DNA of 50,407 bases from a virus. Position 1 is the first letter of the stretch. Each line of letters starts with the position of its first letter. The position numbers were made by a program, and so were the translations under genes. Below are positions 17,681 through 27,350 of the stretch, in pieces. Where the stretch lies: positions 1 to 50,407 of IMG/VR virus record IMGVR_UViG_3300045988_150894; one strand, given 5' to 3'. A model generated the notes under the pieces. It did no database searches. It was not told where the DNA came from and was given only the letters and a program-made list of their open reading frames with translations.

Positions 17681-19873
17681 ATGATACCTCCTAAGTATAA
17701 ATTCTATATAGCAAAGAATGGTGGCAGTAGAGTAGAAATAACGCCCTATTATAAAGACCTAAATAAAAAATATGCCAAAGAAAGTGGACAAGAATTTTTC
17801 CGCATTTCTATGGATGGTAAAATTAATCTGTTCGGTGATGCTTATGAAATTGTTAAGCAGTCAAGTCTTGAAGATAAATTTGTGTTTACAATAGATAAGT
17901 ACAATAGAGCTTCTAATAAGTGGGCTGGATACTACAAAGGTGAATTTAATAAAACCGATTGCAAGCTTGATTATGACAAAAAGAAGTGCGAGCTTAAAAC
18001 TAATGTCATAGATAGTTACACTGAGGTTATGAATAAATATGAAAATACTTATGACCTTATAAAGCTTGCCCCTGAAATATCAAAAATAAATCTGCATAAA
18101 CGCTCACTTATGCAGGTTTATGTACGCGGAGCCAATTCTATCACAAACTTCTTTGGTGGTACTTATTGGGAAGATGATGTAATTACAGCTGTAGATAGCC
18201 ACGACGAATTGATAAATAAGTATTATTTTTCATACATAAAAGCAGGAAATGAATTTTATGTAAACGGTGCCAGCATTTCTGGCGTTAACGGAGTATACGC
18301 TGGAACAAATGGATATTGGAGCCAATGGAATGGCTATACATGCTATGTTGGAGAAAAGAACGAAGGAAAGTTCGCTTACATTTACATAAAGCGTAATAGT
18401 GATAATACTATTCTTTATAAATCAGAAAAGTTGTGGCTTTTTCTAGAACAGGACAATGATTACATTAGTAGAGATGACATTGTAATGGTAAATGTGAATA
18501 ATTCTTCAGACAAATTTACAATAAAGAGCCCATTTGTATACCATATTTATAGGCGTTTACTTTGTGACGTAGACAAGGTAACAGACTCTGAAGGCACGAA
18601 GAACACATATGATTTGCCATCTGATGATTTTGTTACCGATAACAGAAACTATAAAAAGTGTATTGGCCTAAAAGGAGGTTTATTTTTTTGTACTTCTAGA
18701 ACGGTAAGTGAACCAACAAAATATGGTCTAAATGATTATGGACAATATTTCACTAACCAATTTATTCCTAGTAGTGCAGGAATAGAAAGACCTTTGCCTA
18801 TTAGCAAAAATTCATGGGCAAATGCTTCATTGTGGTATGCATATGATAGTTTCTATGAATATTTTGAAGAAAGGTTAAGAAAACAATATACATTGAAAGA
18901 TAGTTACTCTATTGGAGCAGCCATAAAGGCTATTCTCAAGAAAATAGACCCTACGTTGTCGCACGAGCCAACGGCAGAATATAGCCAATTTTTATATGGA
19001 GCCTCTAATCCATTAGGATTGGCAAGATTTTACGTGTACATTGCGCAAAAGACTAATATATTAAAAGGTAATTATGACCAGCCCGCTCAGAAAGCTGAAA
19101 CTTCACTTGAAGAGCTTATGAAAATGCTACGCGATTGCTTTAGATGTTATTGGTATATCGAAGACAATAAGTTCAAAATAGAGCACATATACTTCTTTAT
19201 GAATGGTGGAAGCTATTCTAGTAGGTCAAGTTATCAACTTGATTTTACTAAACTTACAGACCAATTCAATAAGAAGCTATCGTCTTATTTCCAATCTGAA
19301 GTAGAATTCGAAAAATCAGACTTAAATCAGCGATACGAATTTGCATGGATGGACGATGTAACTGATTTGTTTGGAGGCGTAACTATTGATGTGAAATCTA
19401 ACTATATACAAAAAGATAAAACAGAAGAAATAAATATCAGCCAGTTTTCATCTGATGTAGATTATATGTTATTTAACCCATCAAACTTTTCGGATGACGG
19501 TTTTGCTCTTCTATGCCCTGTGAAAAATGACTCAATGTTAGAATTGCCTATTGCTACAGTAGAAAATCTTATTGACGAAAATGGTAATAGCTATAAAGCT
19601 ATAGTGCAAAATTGGTATGCATCGTGGATTTATCTGCAGAACATGTATATGTGGGATATGCCCGCATCAAGTTTAGAGTCCAATGTAGTTGGAAATCTAT
19701 ATGCAAGAGATATTAAAAAATGCATGAAGCATACTATAGAATTTCCTACAGAAGAAGATTTGGATGAATTGGAACTTATTAAAACCTCTTTTGGAAATGG
19801 CAAGATAGATGAAATGTCTATCAATGTAAACACTAGACAGGCAAAGATAAATTTACTTTACAGACCTCAATAA
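17681..19873 (+). CDS. Tail tip or baseplate protein (Dit/Tal-position)
   Basis: 730-aa ORF starting 2 nt after the tape measure stop. Confidence 0.5.
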   Translation: MIPPKYKFYIAKNGGSRVEITPYYKDLNKKYAKESGQEFFRISMDGKINLFGDAYEIVKQSSLEDKFVFTIDKYNRASNKWAGYYKGEFNKTDCKLDYDKKKCELKTNVIDSYTEVMNKYENTYDLIKLAPEISKINLHKRSLMQVYVRGANSITNFFGGTYWEDDVITAVDSHDELINKYYFSYIKAGNEFYVNGASISGVNGVYAGTNGYWSQWNGYTCYVGEKNEGKFAYIYIKRNSDNTILYKSEKLWLFLEQDNDYISRDDIVMVNVNNSSDKFTIKSPFVYHIYRRLLCDVDKVTDSEGTKNTYDLPSDDFVTDNRNYKKCIGLKGGLFFCTSRTVSEPTKYGLNDYGQYFTNQFIPSSAGIERPLPISKNSWANASLWYAYDSFYEYFEERLRKQYTLKDSYSIGAAIKAILKKIDPTLSHEPTAEYSQFLYGASNPLGLARFYVYIAQKTNILKGNYDQPAQKAETSLEELMKMLRDCFRCYWYIEDNKFKIEHIYFFMNGGSYSSRSSYQLDFTKLTDQFNKKLSSYFQSEVEFEKSDLNQRYEFAWMDDVTDLFGGVTIDVKSNYIQKDKTEEINISQFSSDVDYMLFNPSNFSDDGFALLCPVKNDSMLELPIATVENLIDENGNSYKAIVQNWYASWIYLQNMYMWDMPASSLESNVVGNLYARDIKKCMKHTIEFPTEEDLDELELIKTSFGNGKIDEMSINVNTRQAKINLLYRPQ

Positions 19874-19937
19874 AAAATAGTAAGTTAAATATGTTAAGAA
19901 ATTTTTTTATATCAAATAATTTACATATATTTACAAC

Positions 19938-20792
19938 ATGCGATTAGTGAATAATAACATATCACCACTACCATTTTACGATAATATTGCTTTGCAAAAT
20001 CATTGTAAAGATTACGCATTTGGCCAGATTTATCAGCTGATAACATATAGGAATATGTTATTGCCTTTTCAAGTAGTATTAGCAAATGGAACATCTGTAA
20101 GCCAGGTTAGATTGTACAATTTTAACACTGGTAAATATACAGATATAACTACTAGCATGAAAGAAAATGGTTTAGTAATTAAATCGTTTACAGGCTTCAA
20201 GTTGTTAAAATATCCTGGCACTTTGCCTATAGTTGAAATTAAGCATGAAGGCACATATTATTTAGCTATTGTCATTAATGGCTTAGGTGCTATATATTCA
20301 GATTTATTTACAGTAACAAACAGAGTTTCAGATTATTTGCTTATTGAATATAGCAACTCATATAATTTTGAACTTAAAAATGGTATTGTAGATTTTTCTG
20401 ATAACTTCTCTTTTAAGTGTTACCTTAATACGCAAGTGGGCAAACCGGAATATGACTTTGAAGAAGAAGCCACAGAACGAATGGGCTATACTTTCATTGA
20501 AAGCCAGGTAAGTAAAAAAATATATAAGTTTACATTCTTAGCCCCAGAATATTTATGCGATGCATTAAGAATTGTAAGACTTTGTGAAAATAAGCAGATT
20601 ACTAGTAAATCACAGATTTATGATTTGACTACATTTAATATGGAGCCAGAGTGGGAAGACCAAGGTGATTTAGCGGCTGTAGAGTGTGAATTTGAGACTG
20701 ATACGGTTATTGCTAATATAGGTGGATACATGCCTAAACTAAAGGGTGGAGATTTTAACAAAGATTTTAATAATGATTTTGATATAGAATAA
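19938..20792 (+). CDS. Hypothetical tail protein
   Basis: 284-aa ORF in the tail module. Confidence 0.55.
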   Translation: MRLVNNNISPLPFYDNIALQNHCKDYAFGQIYQLITYRNMLLPFQVVLANGTSVSQVRLYNFNTGKYTDITTSMKENGLVIKSFTGFKLLKYPGTLPIVEIKHEGTYYLAIVINGLGAIYSDLFTVTNRVSDYLLIEYSNSYNFELKNGIVDFSDNFSFKCYLNTQVGKPEYDFEEEATERMGYTFIESQVSKKIYKFTFLAPEYLCDALRIVRLCENKQITSKSQIYDLTTFNMEPEWEDQGDLAAVECEFETDTVIANIGGYMPKLKGGDFNKDFNNDFDIE

Positions 20793-20793
20793 T

Positions 20794-21189
20794 ATGAATA
20801 GAAGTGAATTAAATAAATTTATACAGCAAAGCATATCTAAACAAGGTAATGCTAGCTCAATAGCTTTAACTCAATTAGCTATTGAGCTTATGAAGCATGT
20901 GCCATGCACAGTTCATATTTCTGATGATAAGACAGAAGACCTTGATAAAACCACATACAAAATTACAGATAGTCAAGAGGAAATTGATACTATTATTGAT
21001 GCAGTAATTGGAAATGAAGTTTCTAGTATTTGTATGCATGATAATGGCGTCACACTTCATTTTTCACATATTGAAGTATCTGATGATATTGTAACGTGTT
21101 ATCTTACAACCTTTGATGGCAATTATACTTTGCTTCTTAGTAAAGAGAAAAATGCGTCAGAATTGTCTCATTCTAAAGTTACTGCATAA
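20794..21189 (+). CDS. Hypothetical protein
   Basis: 131-aa ORF, tightly packed between tail genes. Confidence 0.6.
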   Translation: MNRSELNKFIQQSISKQGNASSIALTQLAIELMKHVPCTVHISDDKTEDLDKTTYKITDSQEEIDTIIDAVIGNEVSSICMHDNGVTLHFSHIEVSDDIVTCYLTTFDGNYTLLLSKEKNASELSHSKVTA

Positions 21190-21191
21190 TT

Positions 21192-23780
21192 ATGGCAAAT
21201 TGGACTACATTAAAAGCGGCTATTGTTAATGTAATTAAGACAAATGACAATCAAGAAATAACGGGACAGGTACTACAAAATACGCTTAATAGCGTTGTTA
21301 GTTCTGTTGGAGAAAATGCTACTTTTGCGGGGGTAGCAACTCCTGAAACTAATCCTGGAGCGCCAGATGGGCCTGTATTTTATTTTGCATCTATGCCTGG
21401 CACTTATTCTAATTTTAGCGGGGTAGTTATAGATGATAGAGAATTTGTGGTATTATTGTGGGTTAATTCAGAATGGAGAAAAATATTGCTTTTAATAAAT
21501 GGAGGAGGAGGCGGTGGAAACACAATATACAATAGGCCCGATAATGAGGATTTGTGTTCAGTTAATAAAGGTGGCGGAGAAAAGGTTCTTAAGTTTAATA
21601 ATAAATCTTATAATGCATCTTCGTTTAGCGGATTAGGTCGTGTATATCTAAGAAAAAATATCGTATCTGATAAGAATAAGTTAAGTCAGGATATGATTAA
21701 TTCTCCTAATACAATTTATATAATTCAATATGATTATGATTTGGCCGGAGGAACTATAAATATTCCTGATGGCTGTATTCTTGATTTTAAAGGAGGTTCA
21801 ATAAAGAATGGTAATATCACGTTCAATAATACTTTTTTAAGCGGTGATGTCACATTCAGAAATGTTATTCCAACGGGGGCATTAAAAAATGGTACAGTTA
21901 AAACAAAATGGTTTACGGATGGTACTTCAGATAATACAACATCTTTAATTAATACTCTTATTAGCCTTTATGACCACATTGAATTTTCAAATATGAAACA
22001 TGTACTTAAAGAGACAGGTACGTATTCCTATGTTAATGATGGGGCCTATTGTGTTTTAATAGAGAATGATAAAGTTATCACTGCTGAAGTAGGATGCACT
22101 ATAAAATCCCCTGCTACTGCTTTTTATATACGGGGTAATAATAATATAATAGACGGAATTGAAATATTATGGGACACAACTCCTAGCGGTTTACTTTATA
22201 CTCATTGCGGCATAACTTGTAATGGTAAAAACAATACTATTAAAAATTGCCGTGTAATTAACGGATTACATGGAATTACTGTATGCTATTCTGATGATTG
22301 CAAAATAGAAAATTGTCATTTGGAAAGCAAAGACCATAAAGGAGCTGCTTCTTGTCATGTTGCTGGGTCTACTAGAATATTTGTTTCCAATTGTACGATA
22401 TTAGGTGGAAAAGACGGTAATATGAATTTATATGGAGAGTGTAGTGAGTGCGAGGTATCTGGTTGTAGTATTGGTTTATCTGAACAAAATGTTGTAATAG
22501 AATCATCTTTTAATTGTAAAATAGATAACTGTTACATTTATGGAGGTGGAACTTACGATACTGGTTTTATTGGCGCCATTATAAATCGGTCTTTTAATTG
22601 TTCGGTTAATAATTGTAATATATACAAGTTGCATTATGGAATAATAGTAAGGGAAACTGATATACCAACCAACATAACAGGTTATCCTTGTGAATGTATA
22701 AGTTTGACTAATAATAAAATTTCAGATATTGCTCCAGTAGAAGGTGAATATCCAGCCTCAAAAGCGATTATGGCTATGTATTTTAAAAACATTCTTATAT
22801 CAGGAAATACATTTTATAGATGCGCTGTTACCGATGCTGATATTCTAATAGAACAGCACCATGAAGAAATGCCACCGCAAGGCGCTGACAGTAGAGCAAT
22901 AGTAATTTCTAATAATTTATTTCATAAGCACTCTTATGAATTTGGTAAAGGATATTTTACTAACCAAATGCCGGCAATCAAGATTAGCAAAGGTGGTAGA
23001 GCTACAATTTCAAACAATTCATTTATTACAGATAATGCTTGCGACTATGCTATTAAAGCTTCTGTATCAGAATTAACTATATCTAATAATATTAACAATA
23101 GTAGTTCTGAAACAGGTTCTTGCAAATTTGTTGAAATTGAAAATGACGCAGATAATATTATAGTAACAGGAAATATATGGAAAGGAGGTGTACAACCCTG
23201 GATTTCATTTTTGCATTTTAGAGGAAATGTAAATAATGCGCTAATATCCAATAATGTATTTGATTGTTTCTCTGTTATTGGAAGCATTCCTGCTTTCATT
23301 AATACAGAAAAATCTATAAAATTCAGCACAATATTAGGTAACTATTGGCGAGGTGGGAATTTAGTGGAAGCCACGGAAAACATTACAGATATAATTGTCA
23401 CAAATAATATCATTAATACTTCTTATACTTCAATATATTATGTCTCTGGTTATATGAGTAACATATACCAAGAAGGAAATATAAAACATAGTAATGGTTC
23501 TGATATAACTATATATCCACCTAAAGTTAATGGAATTGATTCATATAATCAAATATATAGAGGCTATAGTTATTATAATACTGAAAATGGTATTCAATGC
23601 GTTTATGATGGGAATTCAATAATTGGAGTTGATGGATATGAAAATAAAAAAAGAAGAGGTACAACACAAGAAAGGCCTTCGGGTGTACAAGAAGGTTTTG
23701 AATTTTATGATAGTACGTTAAAAAGGAAAATCTTATTTAATGGACTTGCATGGGTTAATATGGACGGAAGCCCATTATAG
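21192..23780 (+). CDS. Tail fibre or tailspike with a right-handed parallel beta-helix (probable polysaccharide depolymerase)
   Basis: The N-terminus 'MANWTTLKAAIVNVIKTNDNQEITGQVLQNTLNS' is recalled from Bacteroidota phage tail fibres. The central region has repeated PbH1-like turns: 'NNIIDGIEI', 'NTIKNCRVINGLHGITV', 'CKIENCHLES', 'IFVSNCTILGG', 'CEVSGCSIG', 'CKIDNCYIYGG', 'CSVNNCNIY' and 'ISLTNNKISD'. Confidence 0.75.
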   Translation: MANWTTLKAAIVNVIKTNDNQEITGQVLQNTLNSVVSSVGENATFAGVATPETNPGAPDGPVFYFASMPGTYSNFSGVVIDDREFVVLLWVNSEWRKILLLINGGGGGGNTIYNRPDNEDLCSVNKGGGEKVLKFNNKSYNASSFSGLGRVYLRKNIVSDKNKLSQDMINSPNTIYIIQYDYDLAGGTINIPDGCILDFKGGSIKNGNITFNNTFLSGDVTFRNVIPTGALKNGTVKTKWFTDGTSDNTTSLINTLISLYDHIEFSNMKHVLKETGTYSYVNDGAYCVLIENDKVITAEVGCTIKSPATAFYIRGNNNIIDGIEILWDTTPSGLLYTHCGITCNGKNNTIKNCRVINGLHGITVCYSDDCKIENCHLESKDHKGAASCHVAGSTRIFVSNCTILGGKDGNMNLYGECSECEVSGCSIGLSEQNVVIESSFNCKIDNCYIYGGGTYDTGFIGAIINRSFNCSVNNCNIYKLHYGIIVRETDIPTNITGYPCECISLTNNKISDIAPVEGEYPASKAIMAMYFKNILISGNTFYRCAVTDADILIEQHHEEMPPQGADSRAIVISNNLFHKHSYEFGKGYFTNQMPAIKISKGGRATISNNSFITDNACDYAIKASVSELTISNNINNSSSETGSCKFVEIENDADNIIVTGNIWKGGVQPWISFLHFRGNVNNALISNNVFDCFSVIGSIPAFINTEKSIKFSTILGNYWRGGNLVEATENITDIIVTNNIINTSYTSIYYVSGYMSNIYQEGNIKHSNGSDITIYPPKVNGIDSYNQIYRGYSYYNTENGIQCVYDGNSIIGVDGYENKKRRGTTQERPSGVQEGFEFYDSTLKRKILFNGLAWVNMDGSPL

Positions 23781-23833
23781 TATTTATTATTTTATAATTC
23801 CATCTAAGATATAATTATAAAATAATAAATACT
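23779..23833. terminator. Perfect 21-bp all-A/T hairpin (agtatttattattttataatt / aattataaaataataaatact, 13-nt loop)
   Basis: Read directly. It begins inside the tailspike stop codon. There is no clean U-tract, so the terminator function is inferred. Confidence 0.5.
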
Positions 23834-23928
23834 ATAATAAAGAAACCTGTAAAAAAATAGTGTACGGACTTTTTCTAGCGAAAGGCCTTTGCATATATAG
23901 TTAGCATTATTTATTCACTTTCTAAATT

Positions 23929-24813
23929 ATGGGAGAAATTACAGAAAAAATCTATTGTTGCGACAGAGGCGACAATGACAATGCTCTGGCAGCAGCCATT
24001 TTGGCAAACGGTAATAACCGTAGAGATGATTGGGGCCCTATGGCTGCCATGATGGGCGGAGGTATGAACAACTGGATGAACAATCCTTTTGCATATCTTA
24101 TGTTCCTGGCCCTATTCCGCAATGGAGGCTTCGGTTTCGGGGATGGAAATGGCGCTGGCGTTGCCACTCAGGGTATCGAAACTCAGGCTCAGCTCAACGC
24201 TATCCGCACTCAGTTGCAGGACAACCAGAATGCCGACTGTATTAAGTCTGCTATCCAGGGTAATGGCTTTGCTCTTAGCCAGCTTGCACAAACCCTCAAT
24301 ATCGACTTCAACACTCTTCAGAAGTGCTGCTGCGACGTTCAGGCTGCTATCCAGCAGGTTGCCGGCCAGGTTGGCTTCTCTGCTGAGCGTGTTATCAATG
24401 CTGTTAACCTCGGTGACTGCAATGTTATCCAGGCTCTGCAGAACTGCTGCTGCCAGACTCAGCGCCAGATTGCTGATTTCCGCGGTGACCTGTTCCTCCA
24501 GAATTGTAAAGACACTGCCGAACTCCGCAATGGTCAGCGTGACCTTGGCTTTGCGATTACACAGGGCTTCTCATCTACTGCTTTCCAAGCTCAGCAGGAT
24601 AAGTGCGATATTCTTCGTGCCGGTCAGGACAACACTCAGCGTATCATCGACACTCTGAACAACCACTGGAAGGACGAACAGGCTCTGAAAATTCAGGACC
24701 TTAAATTCGAGCTTTCTCAGGAGCGCCAGAACAACCTGATTAACGAGCGTTTCAACAGGCTTGGCAATTGTGGCTGTGGCGGTAATAGCTGCGGATGTGG
24801 CTGTGGCCAGTAA
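23929..24813 (+). CDS. Cysteine- and glutamine-rich protein of unknown function, GC-rich gene
   Basis: 294 aa. The N-terminus is 'KIYCCDRGD'. It has a Gly/Asn/Met-rich segment with a hydrophobic patch 'FAYLMFLALF'. There are two CCC repeats, 'LQKCCCDVQAAIQQV' and 'LQNCCCQTQRQIADF'. The C-terminal tail is 'GNCGCGGNSCGCGCGQ'. Hand-counted GC of sample lines is about 57%. Confidence 0.8.
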   Translation: MGEITEKIYCCDRGDNDNALAAAILANGNNRRDDWGPMAAMMGGGMNNWMNNPFAYLMFLALFRNGGFGFGDGNGAGVATQGIETQAQLNAIRTQLQDNQNADCIKSAIQGNGFALSQLAQTLNIDFNTLQKCCCDVQAAIQQVAGQVGFSAERVINAVNLGDCNVIQALQNCCCQTQRQIADFRGDLFLQNCKDTAELRNGQRDLGFAITQGFSSTAFQAQQDKCDILRAGQDNTQRIIDTLNNHWKDEQALKIQDLKFELSQERQNNLINERFNRLGNCGCGGNSCGCGCGQ

Positions 24814-24839
24814 TGTTTAACCATTAAACTGTAAAGATT

Positions 24840-25259
24840 ATGGTTACATTATCGCCAGTAGGCTTAGCCGCTGCTCTTGTGGCAAATCAAGTTTCGTTCT
24901 TGGCCACATTTAAGGAGAAATTGTGTCGTTGTGTTTGTGCAACTTCTACAAATCAACCGTTTGCGACTGTTACTTACAGGAATGAAACGCCTGTTCTTAA
25001 TGGAACTACAGTATTCGTGCCTATTGTAGCAACAATCACGATTACTACTCCAAATGCTTGCAAATGCCAAGCTGAGACACAGGTAATCAATGAACGGTTT
25101 GTGGTTGCATTCCAAGGTAGAACGACGCTTCCTACATCTGTTACTATCAACCAGCTTGGAATGACTCAAGGGCTTATTAAGATAGTATGCGGAAAATCCA
25201 ACTGCTATGCTATCAATAGCTCATTGAGCGTTTCTATTCCAGCTGAACCAGCAGCCTAA
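24840..25259 (+). CDS. Small beta-rich cysteine-containing protein, partner of 23929..24813
   Basis: 139 aa with 'LCRCVCATS', 'NACKCQAET' and 'VCGKSNCY'. It shares the GC-rich transcription unit and is followed by a strong terminator. Confidence 0.75.
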   Translation: MVTLSPVGLAAALVANQVSFLATFKEKLCRCVCATSTNQPFATVTYRNETPVLNGTTVFVPIVATITITTPNACKCQAETQVINERFVVAFQGRTTLPTSVTINQLGMTQGLIKIVCGKSNCYAINSSLSVSIPAEPAA

Positions 25260-25265
25260 TTAATT

Positions 25266-25312
25266 GAGGGTACTTAGGGAAGTTTTATACTTCTCTGAGT
25301 GCCCTCTTTTTT
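25266..25312 (+). terminator. Rho-independent terminator
   Basis: A 17-bp stem (gagggtacttagggaag / cttctctgagtgccctc, including G:U pairs) with a 7-nt loop, followed by T6. Confidence 0.85.
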
Positions 25313-25338
25313 ATTAACAATTCAAAAAGATAAGCTAT

Positions 25339-25833
25339 ATGTTGTTATTCAAAGATATAAAGCAGAATTATCCTGTATACATTCTTGATACACAGGAATT
25401 TAGCCTTATTCAAGGCAAAGCCACTCAGGTATCGTTTCCTCGATTAGAAATGAACCAGAAGACTGGCAAAACAGAGATGGTAGTAGATGTTACTATAGAG
25501 GCCAATGGAAAAATGGCAACTTACGCTATTCCTGAAAGCCATTCAGTTACCTATGCCGGGCATCTTGTTCTGTCAACAGAAAAATCTGGATTGACGAGCG
25601 AAGTTGAAGCTCAAAAGGCAAATGCTGAACAGGTTTTGGCTTCTGCTTCTAAAGCTCAAAACATCATTGACAAAGCTCCTTCATTGCTTGCAGAGCTTAA
25701 TCCTATGTATAAGGAAAAGCAAGAAACAGAGCAGCGTTTCGGCAAGATTGAGAAGTCTATCAGTGGCATGGAAGAACTCATGAAAAAACAGCAGGAAATG
25801 ATGGAAAATTTCATCAAAAAATTTGAAAGCTAA
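25339..25833 (+). CDS. Hypothetical protein
   Basis: 164-aa ORF with a coiled-coil-like C-terminus. Confidence 0.7.
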   Translation: MLLFKDIKQNYPVYILDTQEFSLIQGKATQVSFPRLEMNQKTGKTEMVVDVTIEANGKMATYAIPESHSVTYAGHLVLSTEKSGLTSEVEAQKANAEQVLASASKAQNIIDKAPSLLAELNPMYKEKQETEQRFGKIEKSISGMEELMKKQQEMMENFIKKFES

Positions 25834-25838
25834 AAGTT

Positions 25839-26384
25839 ATGAGGCACAGATTGAAATGCATTATAGTAAAGCATCATTCATGCGACCATCACAATAAGGA
25901 GCATGAAGATGACGAAGATGTGGTAGTAGAAAGCAGAATAGCTACTCCACATGGTGAGCATAAGGTTAAATTTGATTTGCCTTATGAGCAAACAGCGAAT
26001 GCTCTTATGTCTGCAAAAGGATATTCAGAGTATGTTAAAAAGCATGGCTATCATTTTACCGATGCCCTTGCAGAGCATGTGAGCAAGATGATGGAAAATG
26101 CAAATGGCCAACAGCACACATGGACAACTTCTCAAGTCAAGAAGTCTATGGAAAGCCTTGGCCTTACAATTCCTAGTCATGTAACACATGGAGATGCAAC
26201 ATATCTTGCCAATATGTATTACGCAGACCTCTATCCAGACCCTCTAAAAGATGAAGCATCATGCCTCAGAGCTGCTTATAAAGTAGCAAATGACCCTGAT
26301 GGTTATGAGGGAATGATTTTCTGCAGATGGACTGCTGATGCTATTGGTAAAGCCATAAGTATTAACTGGGAAAAATTTGTGTGA
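25839..26384 (+). CDS. Hypothetical protein (His-rich N-terminus)
   Basis: 181-aa ORF directly upstream of the holin gene. Confidence 0.7.
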   Translation: MRHRLKCIIVKHHSCDHHNKEHEDDEDVVVESRIATPHGEHKVKFDLPYEQTANALMSAKGYSEYVKKHGYHFTDALAEHVSKMMENANGQQHTWTTSQVKKSMESLGLTIPSHVTHGDATYLANMYYADLYPDPLKDEASCLRAAYKVANDPDGYEGMIFCRWTADAIGKAISINWEKFV

Positions 26385-26386
26385 TT

Positions 26387-26860
26387 ATGCTAGAACTCAT
26401 TGAAGCCAAGAATATCGATGCCCTCATGTTTTTCATAGCTATTAGAGTTGGCATAATCCTAGTTTGCTGGTTTTTCATAGTGGTTAGTAGTATTGTGGAC
26501 TTCTGGAGTGGAACAACTACAGCAAAAGCATTAGGCCAAACACTTATGTCGCATGGTTTTCGTAGAACTGTTACGAAGATAGGCGATTATGTAAGGCTAA
26601 TGCTTTTTGCTCTTATGTTTGATATACTTGGAAGCTTATTATCATTCTATATAATTCCATTTGCCACAATTCTATGTACTGTTGCAGTTATATATATTGA
26701 GGGTAAATCTGTGGTTGAAAATAGCAAACGTAAAAAAGCTCATGCTGCAGAAGTACCTGATATAGTTAAGCAGATTGTGCGAGCTACCACTGCCGAACAA
26801 GGTCATGAGATATTAGACAAAATAAGCCAATTGTTAGCATTAAATGAGAAAGATAAATAA
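26387..26860 (+). CDS. Holin (multi-TM)
   Basis: The ORF track starts at GTG 26381; an ATG lies at 26387. There are 3-4 hydrophobic segments, and 'IYIEGKSVVENSKRKK' resembles the ...E..SI.EN motif of the phage holin-4 family. It overlaps the amidase gene. Confidence 0.7.
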   Translation: MLELIEAKNIDALMFFIAIRVGIILVCWFFIVVSSIVDFWSGTTTAKALGQTLMSHGFRRTVTKIGDYVRLMLFALMFDILGSLLSFYIIPFATILCTVAVIYIEGKSVVENSKRKKAHAAEVPDIVKQIVRATTAEQGHEILDKISQLLALNEKDK

Positions 26861-27257
26861 AATCATAGTCCATTGCTCTGCTACTCCTGAAGGACGAGAT
26901 GTTAAAACTGAGACCATACGAGATTGGCATGTGAATGGTAATCATTGGAAAGATATTGGTTATCATTATGTGGTTGAGCTCGATGGCTCTGTTCATAAAG
27001 GCAGAGATGAAAGTGTAGTTGGAGCCCACTGCTCAGGTCAAAATGCAAACTCTATAGGAGTATGCTATGTAGGAGGCGTTGCTAAAGACGGTAAAACTCC
27101 TAAAGATACGCGCACTGAGGCTCAAAAGCAATCTTTACTCGAATTGCTGAAAAGCTTAAAGGCAAAATACCCAAATGCTACTATTCATGGACACAGAGAA
27201 TTTGCAGCTAAGGCATGTCCCAGCTTTGATGCTAAGTACGAGTATAAAGACCTCTGA
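26844..27257 (+). CDS. N-acetylmuramoyl-L-alanine amidase (T7-lysozyme / PGRP Amidase_2 type endolysin)
   Basis: 'IIVHCSATPEGRD', 'GYHYVV..DGSVHKGR', 'GAHCSGQNANSIGVCYVGG', 'IHGHREFAAKACPSFD'. Confidence 0.92.
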   Translation: MRKINKIIVHCSATPEGRDVKTETIRDWHVNGNHWKDIGYHYVVELDGSVHKGRDESVVGAHCSGQNANSIGVCYVGGVAKDGKTPKDTRTEAQKQSLLELLKSLKAKYPNATIHGHREFAAKACPSFDAKYEYKDL

Positions 27258-27264
27258 AGCACAT

Positions 27265-27309
27265 AAAAACCATTCTCGCATATAAGAAATTATTACGAGA
27301 ATGGTTTTT
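27265..27309. terminator. Hairpin terminator built from an inverted ATTCTCG pair (aaaaaccattctcg / cgagaatggttttt)
   Basis: A perfect 14-bp stem with a 17-nt loop. The A5/T5 flanks give it a bidirectional appearance. It lies 8 nt after the amidase stop. Confidence 0.7.
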
Positions 27310-27350
27310 ATATTAAAGATAATGTAATTATAAACAAGAAATTAAAACTA

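Noticed and set aside
19926-19933. TATATTTA box resembling the promoter -7 element just before ORF 19938..20792
   Set aside because: It ends only 4 nt before the ATG, so a transcript starting downstream of it would lack the start codon. It is probably a fortuitous AT-rich match.
24030-24658. Alternative-frame plus-strand ORFs 24030..24245 and 24089..24658, and minus-strand ORF 23952..24167, within the cysteine-rich gene
   Set aside because: They are a by-product of the high GC and low stop-codon density of this gene. Their translations are Ser/Leu/Arg-rich with no features. The 294-aa frame has the clear start context and repeat structure.
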